A DNA stretch of 64,000 nucleotides from Vulcanimicrobiota bacterium (GCA_050250895.1 JBFWNU010000001.1:352001-416000), one strand, 5' to 3'; shown: positions 1 through 9,893, numbered from the stretch's first letter. Program-made: numbers and translations. The notes: generated by a model from the letters alone, not told the origin.

Positions 1-160
1 GGTCATAGGCGAATTCGAGCACCTGCTCGCGGGTCAGCTCGACTCCATCGCCATCTAGAGTTGCCACCTGGGATAAATACGTCTTTCGGCCGTAGTTTCC
101 CCCACCCCAGGACCGGGACTTGCAAAAAGATTTCCCCCTCCAAACGGCGAAACGGCGGGG

Positions 161-1216
161 ATGACACGAGTTTATGAAGGTAGCGACCGGGTCGAATTGT
201 GGGACAAGCTGGGCCGCCCGTTCCGGATGGGAGCCCTGGTCCAGGGCGACCGCGACCGCGTGGCCGACTTGATCGCCACCGGTTCAAGCGAGGCGGCGGG
301 CTTCGCCGGCTACTTGCTGGCCGGTCACGCCGGCATGCTGGCCACCGGGCTGGAGTGGAGCACCCTCTGGATCGACCACTTTCCCACCCATCCCCAGTTC
401 CACCAGCAGGCCTATCAGGCCCTGGAACAGGTCACCAGCGCTCTGTCGGGCCCCGAGGCCGAGGCGGGCCGGATGGTGTTGGCCCATTTACGCCCCGACG
501 CCGTCGATGCCGACGGCTTCATGGCCAAAGTCCAAGCTTTGGGAGGCCCTCTTATGGAGGCCCTGACTCAGGGCGACTACGCCGCCGCCGGCCCACTCTG
601 GCAAGACTATTACGCCCTGGCCGCCGCCTTTCACGATCGGCTGTTCGAGTTCTGTTGGGCCTACGCCAGCGCGGTGCTTAAAGAGCTGGGACAGGCTCGA
701 GCCGAACAGGCGTTGTCTGAAACTCTGCGCTCGTGCAGCTTCTATGAGGGGGCCTGGGCCGGCGGCATGATCTTAGACACGGGCGAGATGGCGGCCGTGT
801 TAGCCGAGCACCTGCGAGCCCACTTTAGCGGCCCCGACCGGGCCGGCCAGGCAACCGTTCGCGAAGAGGCCGATTTCTTTGTGATCGAGTTGGCCCCTTG
901 CGGCAGCGGTCAGGCGATGCGGGCGGGTGAAGCCGGTCAACGCCTTGAGTTCGGCTCTTTTTCCGAGGCCAGCCCTATGACCTGGAGTCGGTCCGGCGTG
1001 CCGGCCTATTGCGCTCATTGCGCCGTCAACGAACTGGAGTCGGTGCGACGGCTTGGCTATCCCCGTTGGGTCACCGAGTTCGACCCCGATCCCAGCCGCC
1101 CATGCGCCTGGAAGCTTTACAAGGACCCGGCCCGCATCCCCCAGCACTATTTCGACCGCCTCGGGGTCGAGCGCGACCCGTCACGCTTCGTCTCGCTGCC
1201 GATTCGCCAGGACTGA
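161..1216 (+). CDS. Hypothetical protein with C-terminal Cys/His motifs (PCGSG ... YCAHC ... PCAW), possibly metal- or ligand-binding
   Basis: 351-aa ORF with typical codon usage; ends 4 nt before the ATPase start; exact start uncertain. Confidence 0.7.
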   Translation: MTRVYEGSDRVELWDKLGRPFRMGALVQGDRDRVADLIATGSSEAAGFAGYLLAGHAGMLATGLEWSTLWIDHFPTHPQFHQQAYQALEQVTSALSGPEAEAGRMVLAHLRPDAVDADGFMAKVQALGGPLMEALTQGDYAAAGPLWQDYYALAAAFHDRLFEFCWAYASAVLKELGQARAEQALSETLRSCSFYEGAWAGGMILDTGEMAAVLAEHLRAHFSGPDRAGQATVREEADFFVIELAPCGSGQAMRAGEAGQRLEFGSFSEASPMTWSRSGVPAYCAHCAVNELESVRRLGYPRWVTEFDPDPSRPCAWKLYKDPARIPQHYFDRLGVERDPSRFVSLPIRQD

Positions 1217-1220
1217 TCTC

Positions 1221-3599
1221 GTGGAAAAGCTCAAACTTGCCCTGCCCCTACTGCTGCCCGAAATGGAGGGCGAAGATTGCTGCGCCCACCTGCTTACTGA
1301 ACGCCTGCAGAGAACTCGTGGCATCGACCAGGCCCATGTAGTGCGCCAGGATGGGCAGGCTCAACTCTGTTTGCATTACGATCCCAACCTGGTCTCGCTG
1401 CACCGAGTCCAGCGGCTGGCGGAAGCCAGTGGGGCCGAGGTCACCGACCGTTATCGCCACGAGCAGATCCCTTTCGCGGGCCTCGACGCGGCCGATACGG
1501 CCTCGGGCCTCGAACACGAGCTAAGCCATCTGCCCGGAATGCTGCACGCCAGCGTCAGCTATGCGGCCGGGTTAGTGCTGGTTGCCTACGACAGCCGGCA
1601 ACTCGACCGCTCGGCCATCGAGCAAGCCATGCATCGGTGGCGCACCCACCCCGCCGAGGGGCACCACGAGCATGACCACGCTCACGATGACCACCACGGT
1701 CACGCCCACGCCCCGGCCTTTCTCCCTCACTGGATGCAAGAGCGCTGGGCCCTGCTGCTGGTGGCCCTGGCCGCGTTCTTTCTGGCGGTTGGGTTTGGGG
1801 GCGAGCGTTTTTTTGAACTCGACCCCCGGGCGGCCATGGTCTGCTATCTGTTGGCCTATCTGGCCGGCGGCTACGACGTGGCCAGCCACGCTCTGCCAGG
1901 TCTGGTGCGAGGCAAGTTCGATACCGACGTGCTGATGCTGGCTGCCGCTCTGGGAGCGGCCATCTTGAACCAATGGCCCGAGGGGGCTTTTCTGCTGGTG
2001 CTGTTCGGACTGGGCCATGTGGGCGAGCACTATGCCCTGGACCGGGCCCGCGACGCCGTGAACGCCCTGGGCGAACTGATGCCTGGCACGGCTCATCGTC
2101 GCCAGGGGGACGAGTTGGAAGAGGTCTCGGTCGAGGCCTTGCAACTCGGCGATGTGGTGGTGGTGCGGCCGGGTGACCGGATGCCGGTCGACGGTCAGGT
2201 CGTCAAGGGCGAGGGGGCCGTCGACCAGGCCCCGGTGACGGGCGAGAGCCTACCCGTCGAGAAGCGCCCCGGAGACGAGGTCTTCGCTGGCACCATCAAC
2301 CAGAACGCCTCGCTTGAGGTGCGGGTGACCCGACTGGCTGCCGACAATACCCTGAGCCGGGTGATGCAGATCGTCCAAGAGGCCCAGAGCCAACAGAGCC
2401 CGACCCAGCAATTCACCCAGCGCTTCACTAGCCGTTTCGTGCCGGCCGTATTGCTCTTCACCGTGCTGGTGGCGGTGGTGCCCCCGCTGGTCGACTGGCT
2501 GGACTGGTCGACCAGCTTCTATCGAGCCATGCTCTTGCTGGTGGCAGCCTCGCCCTGCGCCCTGGCCATCGGCACCCCGGCGGCCGTGTTGGCCGGCATC
2601 GGGCAGGCGGCCCGCGGGGGGGTGCTCATCAAGGGCGGCTTGCACTTAGAGAACCTCGGTCGCCTGCGGGTGATGGCCTTCGACAAGACCGGCACCCTCA
2701 CCGAAGGCCGCTTCGAGTTGACCGAGATCGTGCTGGCCGAGGCCGAATCCGAAGACCAACTGCTGGCCACGGCGGCCGCCGTCGAGCAACATTCCAACCA
2801 TCCGCTGGCCCAGGCGGTGACCCGCGCGGCCAAGGAACGAGAACTCGAGTTGCCCTCGGCCGAAGGCCTCGAGAACGTGGCCGGCCGGGGAGTACGAAGT
2901 CACATCGACGGCCAGCCCATCACACTGGGCTCGCTAAAATTCTTCGAAGACCCCCCGCCCCAGCTCATCGAGGCGGTCACCCGCCTGGAAAAGAGCGGGC
3001 GCACCACCATCGTGGTGCGTCAGGCCGACCGTTTCCTGGGGGTGCTGGGTCTGGCCGACCGTCCCCGCCCGGGGGTGGCCAGAACCTTGCAAGAGTTGAC
3101 CCGCCTGGGCGTGCAAAGGCTGGTGATGCTGACCGGTGACAATGAAGTCGTGGCTCGCCAGATCGGGCACGAACTCGGCGTCACCGACATACGCGCCGGG
3201 CTCTTGCCCGAAGACAAGCTGGCCGCCATTCGGCAACTCGAAAGCGAGCATGGGCCCATTGCCATGGCCGGCGATGGGGTCAACGACGCCCCGGCCCTGG
3301 CCACGGCCACGGTCGGCATCGCCATGGGCGGAGCCGGCACGGCCGTGGCCCTCGAGACGGCCGACGTGGCCCTGATGGCCGATGATCTCGGCAAGCTGCC
3401 TTTCGCGGTCGGTTTGAGCCGGGCCAGCCAGGCCATCATCCGCCAGAATCTGTTCATCGCCCTGAGCGTGATCACGGTGTTGATCCTGACCTCGGTGTTG
3501 GGGCTCGTGCAGTTGTCGTGGGCGGTGGTCTTTCACGAAGGCAGCACCATTCTGGTGGTGCTCAACGCCCTGCGGCTGCTGGCCTATGGCCGAGAGTAG
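1221..3599 (+). CDS. Heavy-metal-translocating P1B-type ATPase, P1B-4 subclass (Co/Zn/Fe2+)
   Basis: TGES, SPC, DKTGT, HP, TGDN, GDGVND and HEGST motifs; His-rich linker HHEHDHAHDDHHGHAH; GTG at 1221 is the likely start, not 1053. Confidence 0.93.
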   Translation: MEKLKLALPLLLPEMEGEDCCAHLLTERLQRTRGIDQAHVVRQDGQAQLCLHYDPNLVSLHRVQRLAEASGAEVTDRYRHEQIPFAGLDAADTASGLEHELSHLPGMLHASVSYAAGLVLVAYDSRQLDRSAIEQAMHRWRTHPAEGHHEHDHAHDDHHGHAHAPAFLPHWMQERWALLLVALAAFFLAVGFGGERFFELDPRAAMVCYLLAYLAGGYDVASHALPGLVRGKFDTDVLMLAAALGAAILNQWPEGAFLLVLFGLGHVGEHYALDRARDAVNALGELMPGTAHRRQGDELEEVSVEALQLGDVVVVRPGDRMPVDGQVVKGEGAVDQAPVTGESLPVEKRPGDEVFAGTINQNASLEVRVTRLAADNTLSRVMQIVQEAQSQQSPTQQFTQRFTSRFVPAVLLFTVLVAVVPPLVDWLDWSTSFYRAMLLLVAASPCALAIGTPAAVLAGIGQAARGGVLIKGGLHLENLGRLRVMAFDKTGTLTEGRFELTEIVLAEAESEDQLLATAAAVEQHSNHPLAQAVTRAAKERELELPSAEGLENVAGRGVRSHIDGQPITLGSLKFFEDPPPQLIEAVTRLEKSGRTTIVVRQADRFLGVLGLADRPRPGVARTLQELTRLGVQRLVMLTGDNEVVARQIGHELGVTDIRAGLLPEDKLAAIRQLESEHGPIAMAGDGVNDAPALATATVGIAMGGAGTAVALETADVALMADDLGKLPFAVGLSRASQAIIRQNLFIALSVITVLILTSVLGLVQLSWAVVFHEGSTILVVLNALRLLAYGRE

Positions 3600-3603
3600 C
3601 TGC

Positions 3604-4137
3604 TCAGGTCACGCAGCTGCAGCAAGCGTAAGGCTCGCCGTCGGCCACCATATCGCGGGCAGTGTTGCAATTAGCGGCAAACGGTTCGCCGAACGAGCAG
3701 AACTGGTCGGTCGACAGCGAATCGCCGCTACAATCCATGCCAAATCCATCCTTGATGCCACTCAGGGCACAGACGTTGCCGGCGCAGTTGCCGTTGTCCG
3801 AGCAGGCTGCGCCGCAGGTGACGGCGTTGGAGCAGGCCACGCAGGAAGCGGCTGCGGCCGGCCTGGGACAAGCGATCATCGTCAGTCCGACAGCGGCCGC
3901 AATCCGGAGAAATTGCCGTCGAGGAGCTTGACCCGACTTCACCAGCCCGTGCTCGATCAGGCTTTGAAGACAAGCTGCGAGTCGGGAGTGGTCGGTGCGA
4001 GCCGCCCGGCCCTCGCGCAACGCTTCGAAGACTTCACGCACATCCTTCGACAGGCAGAACACTGCCCTGGTGCGGGGCTCATAAACTAACAATTCGTCAC
4101 CCACCGAGGTGGTGGTCAGACCAGAAACGACACGCAT
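3604..4137 (-). CDS. PqqD/RRE-like domain fused to a twin-arginine-like segment and a Cys-rich tail (RiPP-precursor-like)
   Basis: VGDELLVYEPRTRAVFCLS...LQSLIEHGLV is the PqqD/RRE pattern; then RRQFLRIAAAVG...PRPAAAAS; then 12 Cys in ~80 aa; ATG at 4137 with GAGG upstream. Confidence 0.7.
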   Translation of the reverse strand: MRVVSGLTTTSVGDELLVYEPRTRAVFCLSKDVREVFEALREGRAARTDHSRLAACLQSLIEHGLVKSGQAPRRQFLRIAAAVGLTMIACPRPAAAASCVACSNAVTCGAACSDNGNCAGNVCALSGIKDGFGMDCSGDSLSTDQFCSFGEPFAANCNTARDMVADGEPYACCSCVT

Positions 4138-4230
4138 TGCCTCAGCTTCGTGGCTCGCCCCCCGAATCCTCGGGCGAATGTCCGAGCCCGACAAAACGAC
4201 AAAAGTCACAGAGTCAGAACTGACGATCTG

Positions 4231-4239
4231 TGCTATAAT
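4231..4239 (+). promoter_or_regulatory. Extended -10 promoter (TGcTATAAT)
   Basis: Perfect TGnTATAAT about 30 nt upstream of ATG 4270, which has a GGAGG RBS. Confidence 0.55.
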
Positions 4240-4269
4240 CCGTAAGGACTTTGGTAGTGGAGGGTATGT

Positions 4270-4761
4270 ATGCAACCAGTCAACCCCGAGATCCAGGGCA
4301 TCGCACTCGAGCCCGGCGAGCAAGTGATCGTGGTCAACCCCGAGAAGATGGAATAGGCGGCTCAGCGCGCTGGCGGGGCCGGCTGGATTCGCATCGTCGG
4401 CATCCTGGCCGTGGTCAACTCGGTGCTGATCATGACCGGCGCCGACCTGCAGTTCATCTTCGGACTCGGCATCACTTCGATCTTCACGGCCGTAGCCCAG
4501 GTGGCCGAAGCAGGAGCCATCGGCAACGCCATCTCGCTGATTTTCACTCTGGTGGGCTGTGCCGGCGCCTTCTTCTTCGCGCGCTTTGCCGAGCGTGGCT
4601 ACGCCTGGGCCTTTGTGGTGGCCATGGTGCTCTACGCTCTTGACGCCGGCCTATGGATGCTGTTGGGACAGTGGCTCGAAGTGGCCGCCCACGGCTACGC
4701 CCTCTATCGTATGTATCTTGGTCTAGCCGCCAACAAGGAACTCAAAGAGCGTTTTTCTTAG
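4270..4761 (+). pseudogene. Small membrane protein interrupted by an in-frame TAG (4354-4356)
   Basis: RBS and ATG at 4270 are in frame with the 4411-4761 ORF: MQPVNPEIQ...EKME*AAQRAGGAGWIRIVGILAVVNS...; several hydrophobic helices downstream. Confidence 0.6.
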
Positions 4762-5191
4762 CCTCTAGCAGCTGGGCCAGGCCCGGATCAGGATGAACCT
4801 GGGCCATTTCCCAGGCGCTCTTGAACACCCCGGGTTCTTCAGGGTCCGGGTCCCAGGGGCTCTCGATCATCTCGCCGACGAGTTCGGCCGGCAACCAATC
4901 CAGGACCAGGGGTAGAATCTCTGCCGCCTGGTCCTTGTTTTTCAGACAAGCCTTGATTTCGTTATTGTCTGAAAACGGCAGTTCGAACGGGTCGATATCG
5001 CGGTCGAGCAGGGCTTGCACCATGGCTTTCGTGCCCCGCTCACACACGTACATCAGCAGCGTTGCGTCAGCATAAAGCTGCATCTCGCTCAACTGCCGGG
5101 CGGTCAGAGGCTCGAGCAAAGCCCGAAAGACATCGACATCGCGACCCTCGATGGCCCGCTGCAAATCGAATATCTCGTCGCCAGAGACCAC
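4742..5191 (-). CDS. Ankyrin-repeat-like protein
   Basis: LQRAIEGRDVDVFRALLE and TLLMYVCERGTKAMVQALLD resemble ankyrin repeats. Confidence 0.6.
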   Translation of the reverse strand: MVSGDEIFDLQRAIEGRDVDVFRALLEPLTARQLSEMQLYADATLLMYVCERGTKAMVQALLDRDIDPFELPFSDNNEIKACLKNKDQAAEILPLVLDWLPAELVGEMIESPWDPDPEEPGVFKSAWEMAQVHPDPGLAQLLEAKKNAL

Positions 5192-5220
5192 GTGTTGGGG
5201 TCTAACGTCTGAAGACTGAA

Positions 5221-5529
5221 CTAGGCAGCAGCCTGGCTGGCCAGCTTGGTGAGAGCCCGCATCGCCACTTTGGCGCGCGGACGAGGAAAGTGCGGGAACT
5301 TCTCCATCACCTGCAAAGCTTGCTCGACAAAATCCTGCTGAAAGCTATCGCCGCGGCCTTGAAGAAAGCGCAACAGATAGGTTCCGGCTTCCGACTGGAC
5401 CTCGGGATTGGCGATCCGCTCTAGTTCGAAAACGGCGCGCTGGGCGATCTGACCAAATGTAGTGCCTGGTGGCGACTCGAAGATACTCTGAATGGTCGGG
5501 GGCAGAGTACCCGTTGCATAGGACTTCAT
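5221..5529 (-). CDS. Hypothetical protein
   Basis: 102-aa ORF with GAGGAGG RBS, divergent from pyrB. Confidence 0.6.
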   Translation of the reverse strand: MKSYATGTLPPTIQSIFESPPGTTFGQIAQRAVFELERIANPEVQSEAGTYLLRFLQGRGDSFQQDFVEQALQVMEKFPHFPRPRAKVAMRALTKLASQAAA

Positions 5530-5626
5530 GAGGTTCCTCCTCTTTATTTTCTAGTAGTTTAGGTCAAGAGGCTGAACAAAATCTGAAAGCAGGTTCACGA
5601 CCTTTGGGGCGAGAACGGCCGCCCTG

Positions 5627-6571
5627 ATGTCAGCCGCAACCGTGTCTTCACAAAGTTTCAAGCAACGTTCTCTAGTGGCTATCGACGACCTCGACCGCCA
5701 CGAAATCGACAAGGTGCTCGAGGTGGCCGCCGAACTCGAGGGCCAGCATCTCGATGCCCTCAGCGGCCACCAGGTGGCCCTGGTCTTCTACGAGGCCAGC
5801 ACCCGCACATACAACAGCTTCGTCACCGCCGTCCATCAGCTGGGCGCCTCGGTGTGCGGTTTTGCCGGGGCGGCCGGTAGCTCGGTGCAAAAAGGAGAAA
5901 CCCTCCACGACACCATCAAGATGTTCGAGGCCTACTCGGACGCCATCGTGCTGCGTCACCCCAAAGACGGCGCCGCCCGCTGGGCCGCCGACGTGAGCCG
6001 GGTGCCGGTAATCAATGCCGGTGACGGCAAGAACCAGCATCCCACTCAGACCCTGCTCGACCTGTATGCCATCAAGGCCACCCACGGCAAGATCGAAGGT
6101 CTGTCGGTGGCTCTGACCGGCGATCTCAAATACGGGCGCACTGTTCACTCGTTGGCCGAGGCCCTGTCGCTGTATCCCGACATTACCCTGCATCTGGCCG
6201 CCCCGCCCAGCCTGGAAATGCCCCCCTATCTGGTGGACCACCTGACCCGCTCCGGGGTCAAGGTGCATGTCCACGAGCGCCTCGAGGATGTGACCCACGA
6301 GGTAGACATCCTCTACGTCACCCGCATCCAACGCGAGCGCATGCCCGACGAGATGGAGTACGAGCAGGTTCGCGGAGCCTATCGGCTCACAGCCGACATG
6401 CTCAAGGGGGTGCGCGAAGGGCTGCGAGTGCTCCATCCCCTGCCCCGGGTCGACGAGATCGCGCCTTGTGTCGACGACACGCCCTATGCCTACTATTTCC
6501 AGCAAGCCGCCGGAGGGGTCCATGTCCGCAAGGCCCTGCTCTGGCTGATCCTGACGGGAGGTTCCAAGTGA
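5627..6571 (+). CDS. pyrB: Aspartate carbamoyltransferase catalytic subunit
   Basis: STRT, KGETLHDT, NAGDG-HPTQ, GDLKYGRTVHSL and HPLPR motifs. Confidence 0.97.
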   Translation: MSAATVSSQSFKQRSLVAIDDLDRHEIDKVLEVAAELEGQHLDALSGHQVALVFYEASTRTYNSFVTAVHQLGASVCGFAGAAGSSVQKGETLHDTIKMFEAYSDAIVLRHPKDGAARWAADVSRVPVINAGDGKNQHPTQTLLDLYAIKATHGKIEGLSVALTGDLKYGRTVHSLAEALSLYPDITLHLAAPPSLEMPPYLVDHLTRSGVKVHVHERLEDVTHEVDILYVTRIQRERMPDEMEYEQVRGAYRLTADMLKGVREGLRVLHPLPRVDEIAPCVDDTPYAYYFQQAAGGVHVRKALLWLILTGGSK

Positions 6572-7041
6572 CCGTGGCAGCCCAGAAAACCACTAGAGAA
6601 TTCCGCGTCTTTCGTATCGAGAACGGGATCGTCATCGACCACATCCCCCATTGGAGCGCCTATAAAGTGCTCGATATCCTGGGCCTGCGCGGCACCGACT
6701 CGCTGGTGACCGTAGGCTTTGGCCTCAACAGTGAAGAGATGGGTCGCAAAGATCTGGTCAAGGTCGAGAATCTCGAGCTGACCGCTCGCGATATCAACCG
6801 CATCGCTCTGGTGGCTCCCAACGCCACCATCAACCGTATTCAAGACTCGCAGATCGTCGACAAGTTCAAGGTGCGCTTGCCCGACCGTATCACCGGCCTG
6901 GTGCGCTGCACCAACCCCGGCTGCATCACCCACGGCGAACCGGCTCCGGCTCGCTACTACACCCTCAATCGCGAGCCCGTCCAGCTGCGCTGCCACTACT
7001 GCCGCCACATCTCTTCGGGCGACGCCATCGAGTTGCTGTGA
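6568..7041 (+). CDS. pyrI: Aspartate carbamoyltransferase regulatory subunit
   Basis: IENGIVIDHI, KDLVKVEN, Zn ligands CTNPGC and CHYC; GTGA overlap with pyrB. Confidence 0.95.
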   Translation: MTVAAQKTTREFRVFRIENGIVIDHIPHWSAYKVLDILGLRGTDSLVTVGFGLNSEEMGRKDLVKVENLELTARDINRIALVAPNATINRIQDSQIVDKFKVRLPDRITGLVRCTNPGCITHGEPAPARYYTLNREPVQLRCHYCRHISSGDAIELL

Positions 7042-8243
7042 GCCGTCTGCTGGTGCAAGGCCGACTGGTGGACCCCGAGTGGGGAGTGCGCCACGGCCAG
7101 GTGCTCATCGAAAACGGTCGCATCACCCGGGTGGGCGACGGTTTGGGCCGTCCCGACCTGGCATTCGGTGACGACTGCCTGGTTTTTCCCGGGTTTGGCG
7201 ACATCCATGTGCATCTGCGCGAAGGCCAGGAATACAAAGAGGATTATGCTTCAGGCAGCGCCGCCGCCCTGGCCGGCGGGGTCACTTTCTGCCTGGACAT
7301 GCCCAACAACCCGGTGCCGCCGGTCGACGCCGAGACGATGGCGGCCAAGCAGGCCAAAGTGGGCGATCCGCCCATCGAGATCGGCCTTTACGCGGCCACC
7401 GGGCCCGGCACCCGGCCCTTTGGCCACGACCACTACAAATGCTTCATGGCCCACAGCATCGGGCCGCTCTACTTCGAAAAGCTCAGCGAGATCGGTCCCG
7501 CCCTCGAGCCCTATCGTGGCTGCCAGGTGACCTTTCACTGCGAAGACCCCGAGCTGCTGACCGAGGGCAAGAGCCACGAAGAAAACCGTCCTCCCGAAGC
7601 CGAGGCAGCGGCCGTCAAAGTGGCCATCGAGCTGGCCCAAAAACTCCACCTGAAAGCCAACATCGCCCATCTCTCGACGGCCTCGGGGCTCGAGCTGCTG
7701 CTTGCTCATCCCCACATCACCCGCGAGGTGACCCCCACGCACCTGTTCTTCGACACCGAGAATCGCCACCAGTTCGAACGCTCCGAGCTGCTCAAGATGA
7801 ACCCGCCCCTGCGCGGTCCCGACCATCGCCGGGCTCTGCTCGAAGCCTTCAAGCAGGGCCAGATCCACTTTCTGGCCACCGATCACGCGCCTCACACCTT
7901 AGAAGAGAAGACGACCACCAATCCCTCGGGCGTGCCCCATCTGGATACCTATGGCCTGTTCGTCAGCTGGTTGCTGGTCGAACAAGGGCTGGCTCCGGCC
8001 CACCTGGCCCGTCACGCCTGCCTGCTGCCGGGACAGTTCGTGGGCAAGAAGCTGGGCCGGCTAGCCGAGGGCTATTCTGGAGATGTGGCCGTGCTCAATC
8101 TGGGCCGACCCACCACCGTGCGGGCCGACCAGCTGCACACCAAAGCCGGCTGGTCGCCCTTCGAGGGGGTCACCTTTCCGGGCCAGGTCGAATGCACCGT
8201 GGCTCGAGGAGTCGTCTTTCGCAGTGGGGTGGCAGTCGGCTGA
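7038..8243 (+). CDS. pyrC: Dihydroorotase (amidohydrolase family)
   Basis: DIHVHLR, DMPNN, KMNPPLR, TDHAPH and WSPFEG motifs; operon context. Confidence 0.93.
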   Translation: MSRLLVQGRLVDPEWGVRHGQVLIENGRITRVGDGLGRPDLAFGDDCLVFPGFGDIHVHLREGQEYKEDYASGSAAALAGGVTFCLDMPNNPVPPVDAETMAAKQAKVGDPPIEIGLYAATGPGTRPFGHDHYKCFMAHSIGPLYFEKLSEIGPALEPYRGCQVTFHCEDPELLTEGKSHEENRPPEAEAAAVKVAIELAQKLHLKANIAHLSTASGLELLLAHPHITREVTPTHLFFDTENRHQFERSELLKMNPPLRGPDHRRALLEAFKQGQIHFLATDHAPHTLEEKTTTNPSGVPHLDTYGLFVSWLLVEQGLAPAHLARHACLLPGQFVGKKLGRLAEGYSGDVAVLNLGRPTTVRADQLHTKAGWSPFEGVTFPGQVECTVARGVVFRSGVAVG

Positions 8244-9256
8244 TGTACGAATCGGTTTTGCGACCGTTGCTGTTTCGCTTCGATTCAGAAACGGTCCACC
8301 ACCTGGCCAGCGACGGGATGCGCCAGCTCTGTCGCATTCGCCCGCTGCAACGAGCCCTGACGGCCGTGCTGCAGGTGCAAGACCCCGTCCAGCTGTTGGG
8401 CCTGACTTTTCCCAACCGCATCGGTCTGGCGGCCGGTTTCGACAAAAACGCCCGTTTTATCGCGGCCGCTGAAGCCCTCGGCTTTGGCCATGTCGAGGTG
8501 GGTGCGGTCACCCCGAGGCCCCAGCCCGGTCATCCCCGCCCCCGCCTTTTTCGTCTGCCCCAGCAACAGGGCTTGCGCAACCGCATGGGCTTCAACAACG
8601 AGGGAGCGCTAGCCGTGGGGGCCCGGCTGGCCCGCCGTAGCGCACGCATCCCCGTCGGGGTCAATCTGGGCAAGGGCAAGGAGACGCCCCTGGAGGGGGC
8701 GGCCGAGGACTACTGCGCCAGTCTCGAATTGCTTTTCGGCTACAGCGACTTCTTCGTGGTCAATGTCTCGAGCCCCAATACCGAGGGCTTGCGCGACCTG
8801 CAGAGCCAGCTGGCCAGCCTGCTTGAGCGACTGCAGGCCTCGAACCAGCTTTGCAGCGACCGATTCGGCCTGTCCCGACGGCCCATTCTGGTCAAAGTCA
8901 GTCCCGACTTAGAGGATGAGAGTCTGGCCCGAGTGGCCGAGGTGCTTACCAAGCAGGCGGCCGGGGTAGTGGCCACCAACACCACTTCGCTGCGCCAGGG
9001 AGCGTTGGCCGGAGTCGATCCCCTGGGGGGCGTGTCCGGGCGGCCGCTGCGCGAACGGGCTCTCGAGGTGGTGAGCCGCCTGCGCCAGTTGACCGGAAGA
9101 GGCTATCCCATCATCGGAGTGGGTGGGGTCGACGACCCCGAGTCGGCCCGGGCCATGCGGGCCGCTGGCGCGGACCTGGTTCAGATCTACACCGGTTTTG
9201 TCTATCGAGGCCCGGGGTTGCCCCACCGGTTGGCCCTGGCCCTCAGAGGAGGTTGA
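8243..9256 (+). CDS. pyrD: Quinone-dependent dihydroorotate dehydrogenase (class 2)
   Basis: GLAAGFDKN, NRMGFNN, NVSSPNT and IGVGG motifs; ATG 8243 overlaps the pyrC stop. Confidence 0.95.
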   Translation: MYESVLRPLLFRFDSETVHHLASDGMRQLCRIRPLQRALTAVLQVQDPVQLLGLTFPNRIGLAAGFDKNARFIAAAEALGFGHVEVGAVTPRPQPGHPRPRLFRLPQQQGLRNRMGFNNEGALAVGARLARRSARIPVGVNLGKGKETPLEGAAEDYCASLELLFGYSDFFVVNVSSPNTEGLRDLQSQLASLLERLQASNQLCSDRFGLSRRPILVKVSPDLEDESLARVAEVLTKQAAGVVATNTTSLRQGALAGVDPLGGVSGRPLRERALEVVSRLRQLTGRGYPIIGVGGVDDPESARAMRAAGADLVQIYTGFVYRGPGLPHRLALALRGG

Positions 9257-9257
9257 T

Positions 9258-9893
9258 GTGAGTTTTGCCCAGTTCTTGCTGCGCTCGGGGGTGATGCAGT
9301 TCGGTCAATTTCGACTCAAGAGCGGAGCCAGTTCTCCCTATTTCCTGAACTTTGGCGAGGTGTCCTCAGGGGCCGAGTTGCGCGAACTGGGTGGTTTTCT
9401 GGCCGGGCTGATCAAGGCCCGGGTCCCCGGAGCCAACGTGGTCCTGGGTCCTCCCTACAAGGCCATTTCCATGGCGGTGGCCACCGCCATGCAACTCGAC
9501 CGTAGGGGCCAGCCCTGCGCTTTTCTAACCTTTCGCAAGGAAGAAAAGGCTCACGGCGAGGGCGGAATGTTCCTGGGGCACCACCTCAGCAACAGCGACC
9601 GCATCGTGCTGGTCGACGACGTGATGACCTCGGGCCAGACCAAGCTCGAGGCCCTCGAGATGATTCGGGCCGAAGCCTGCCGGCTGGGGCTCGAACCGCC
9701 CCGCTTCGAGGCCGTGGTGGTAGGGGTCGACCGGCAAGAAGCCGAGGGAGCGGTCACGGCGGCCCAGGCCTTTACGGCCGAAACCGGCCTGCCGGTGTTT
9801 TCCGTGGCCACCATCCGCGAACTGGCCGACGAACTCGAGGGTGAAATCAGCCCGGACCACCATCGAGCGCTGCGGGAGTATCTCGAGCGATGA
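9258..9893 (+). CDS. pyrE: Orotate phosphoribosyltransferase
   Basis: FRLKSG-SPYF, RKEEKAHGEGG and VDDVMTSG motifs. Confidence 0.94.
   Translation: MSFAQFLLRSGVMQFGQFRLKSGASSPYFLNFGEVSSGAELRELGGFLAGLIKARVPGANVVLGPPYKAISMAVATAMQLDRRGQPCAFLTFRKEEKAHGEGGMFLGHHLSNSDRIVLVDDVMTSGQTKLEALEMIRAEACRLGLEPPRFEAVVVGVDRQEAEGAVTAAQAFTAETGLPVFSVATIRELADELEGEISPDHHRALREYLER

Noticed and set aside
4354-4356. Genome-wide TAG reassignment
   Set aside because: TAG ends full-length genes in this window (ATPase at 3599, pilC at 29346, pfaD at 54271).
7439-8242. 605-aa PyrD with a long N-terminal extension
   Set aside because: The extension overlaps pyrC in another frame; the real start is ATG 8243. The same applies to the extended ORFs of the ATPase, oleC and oleD.
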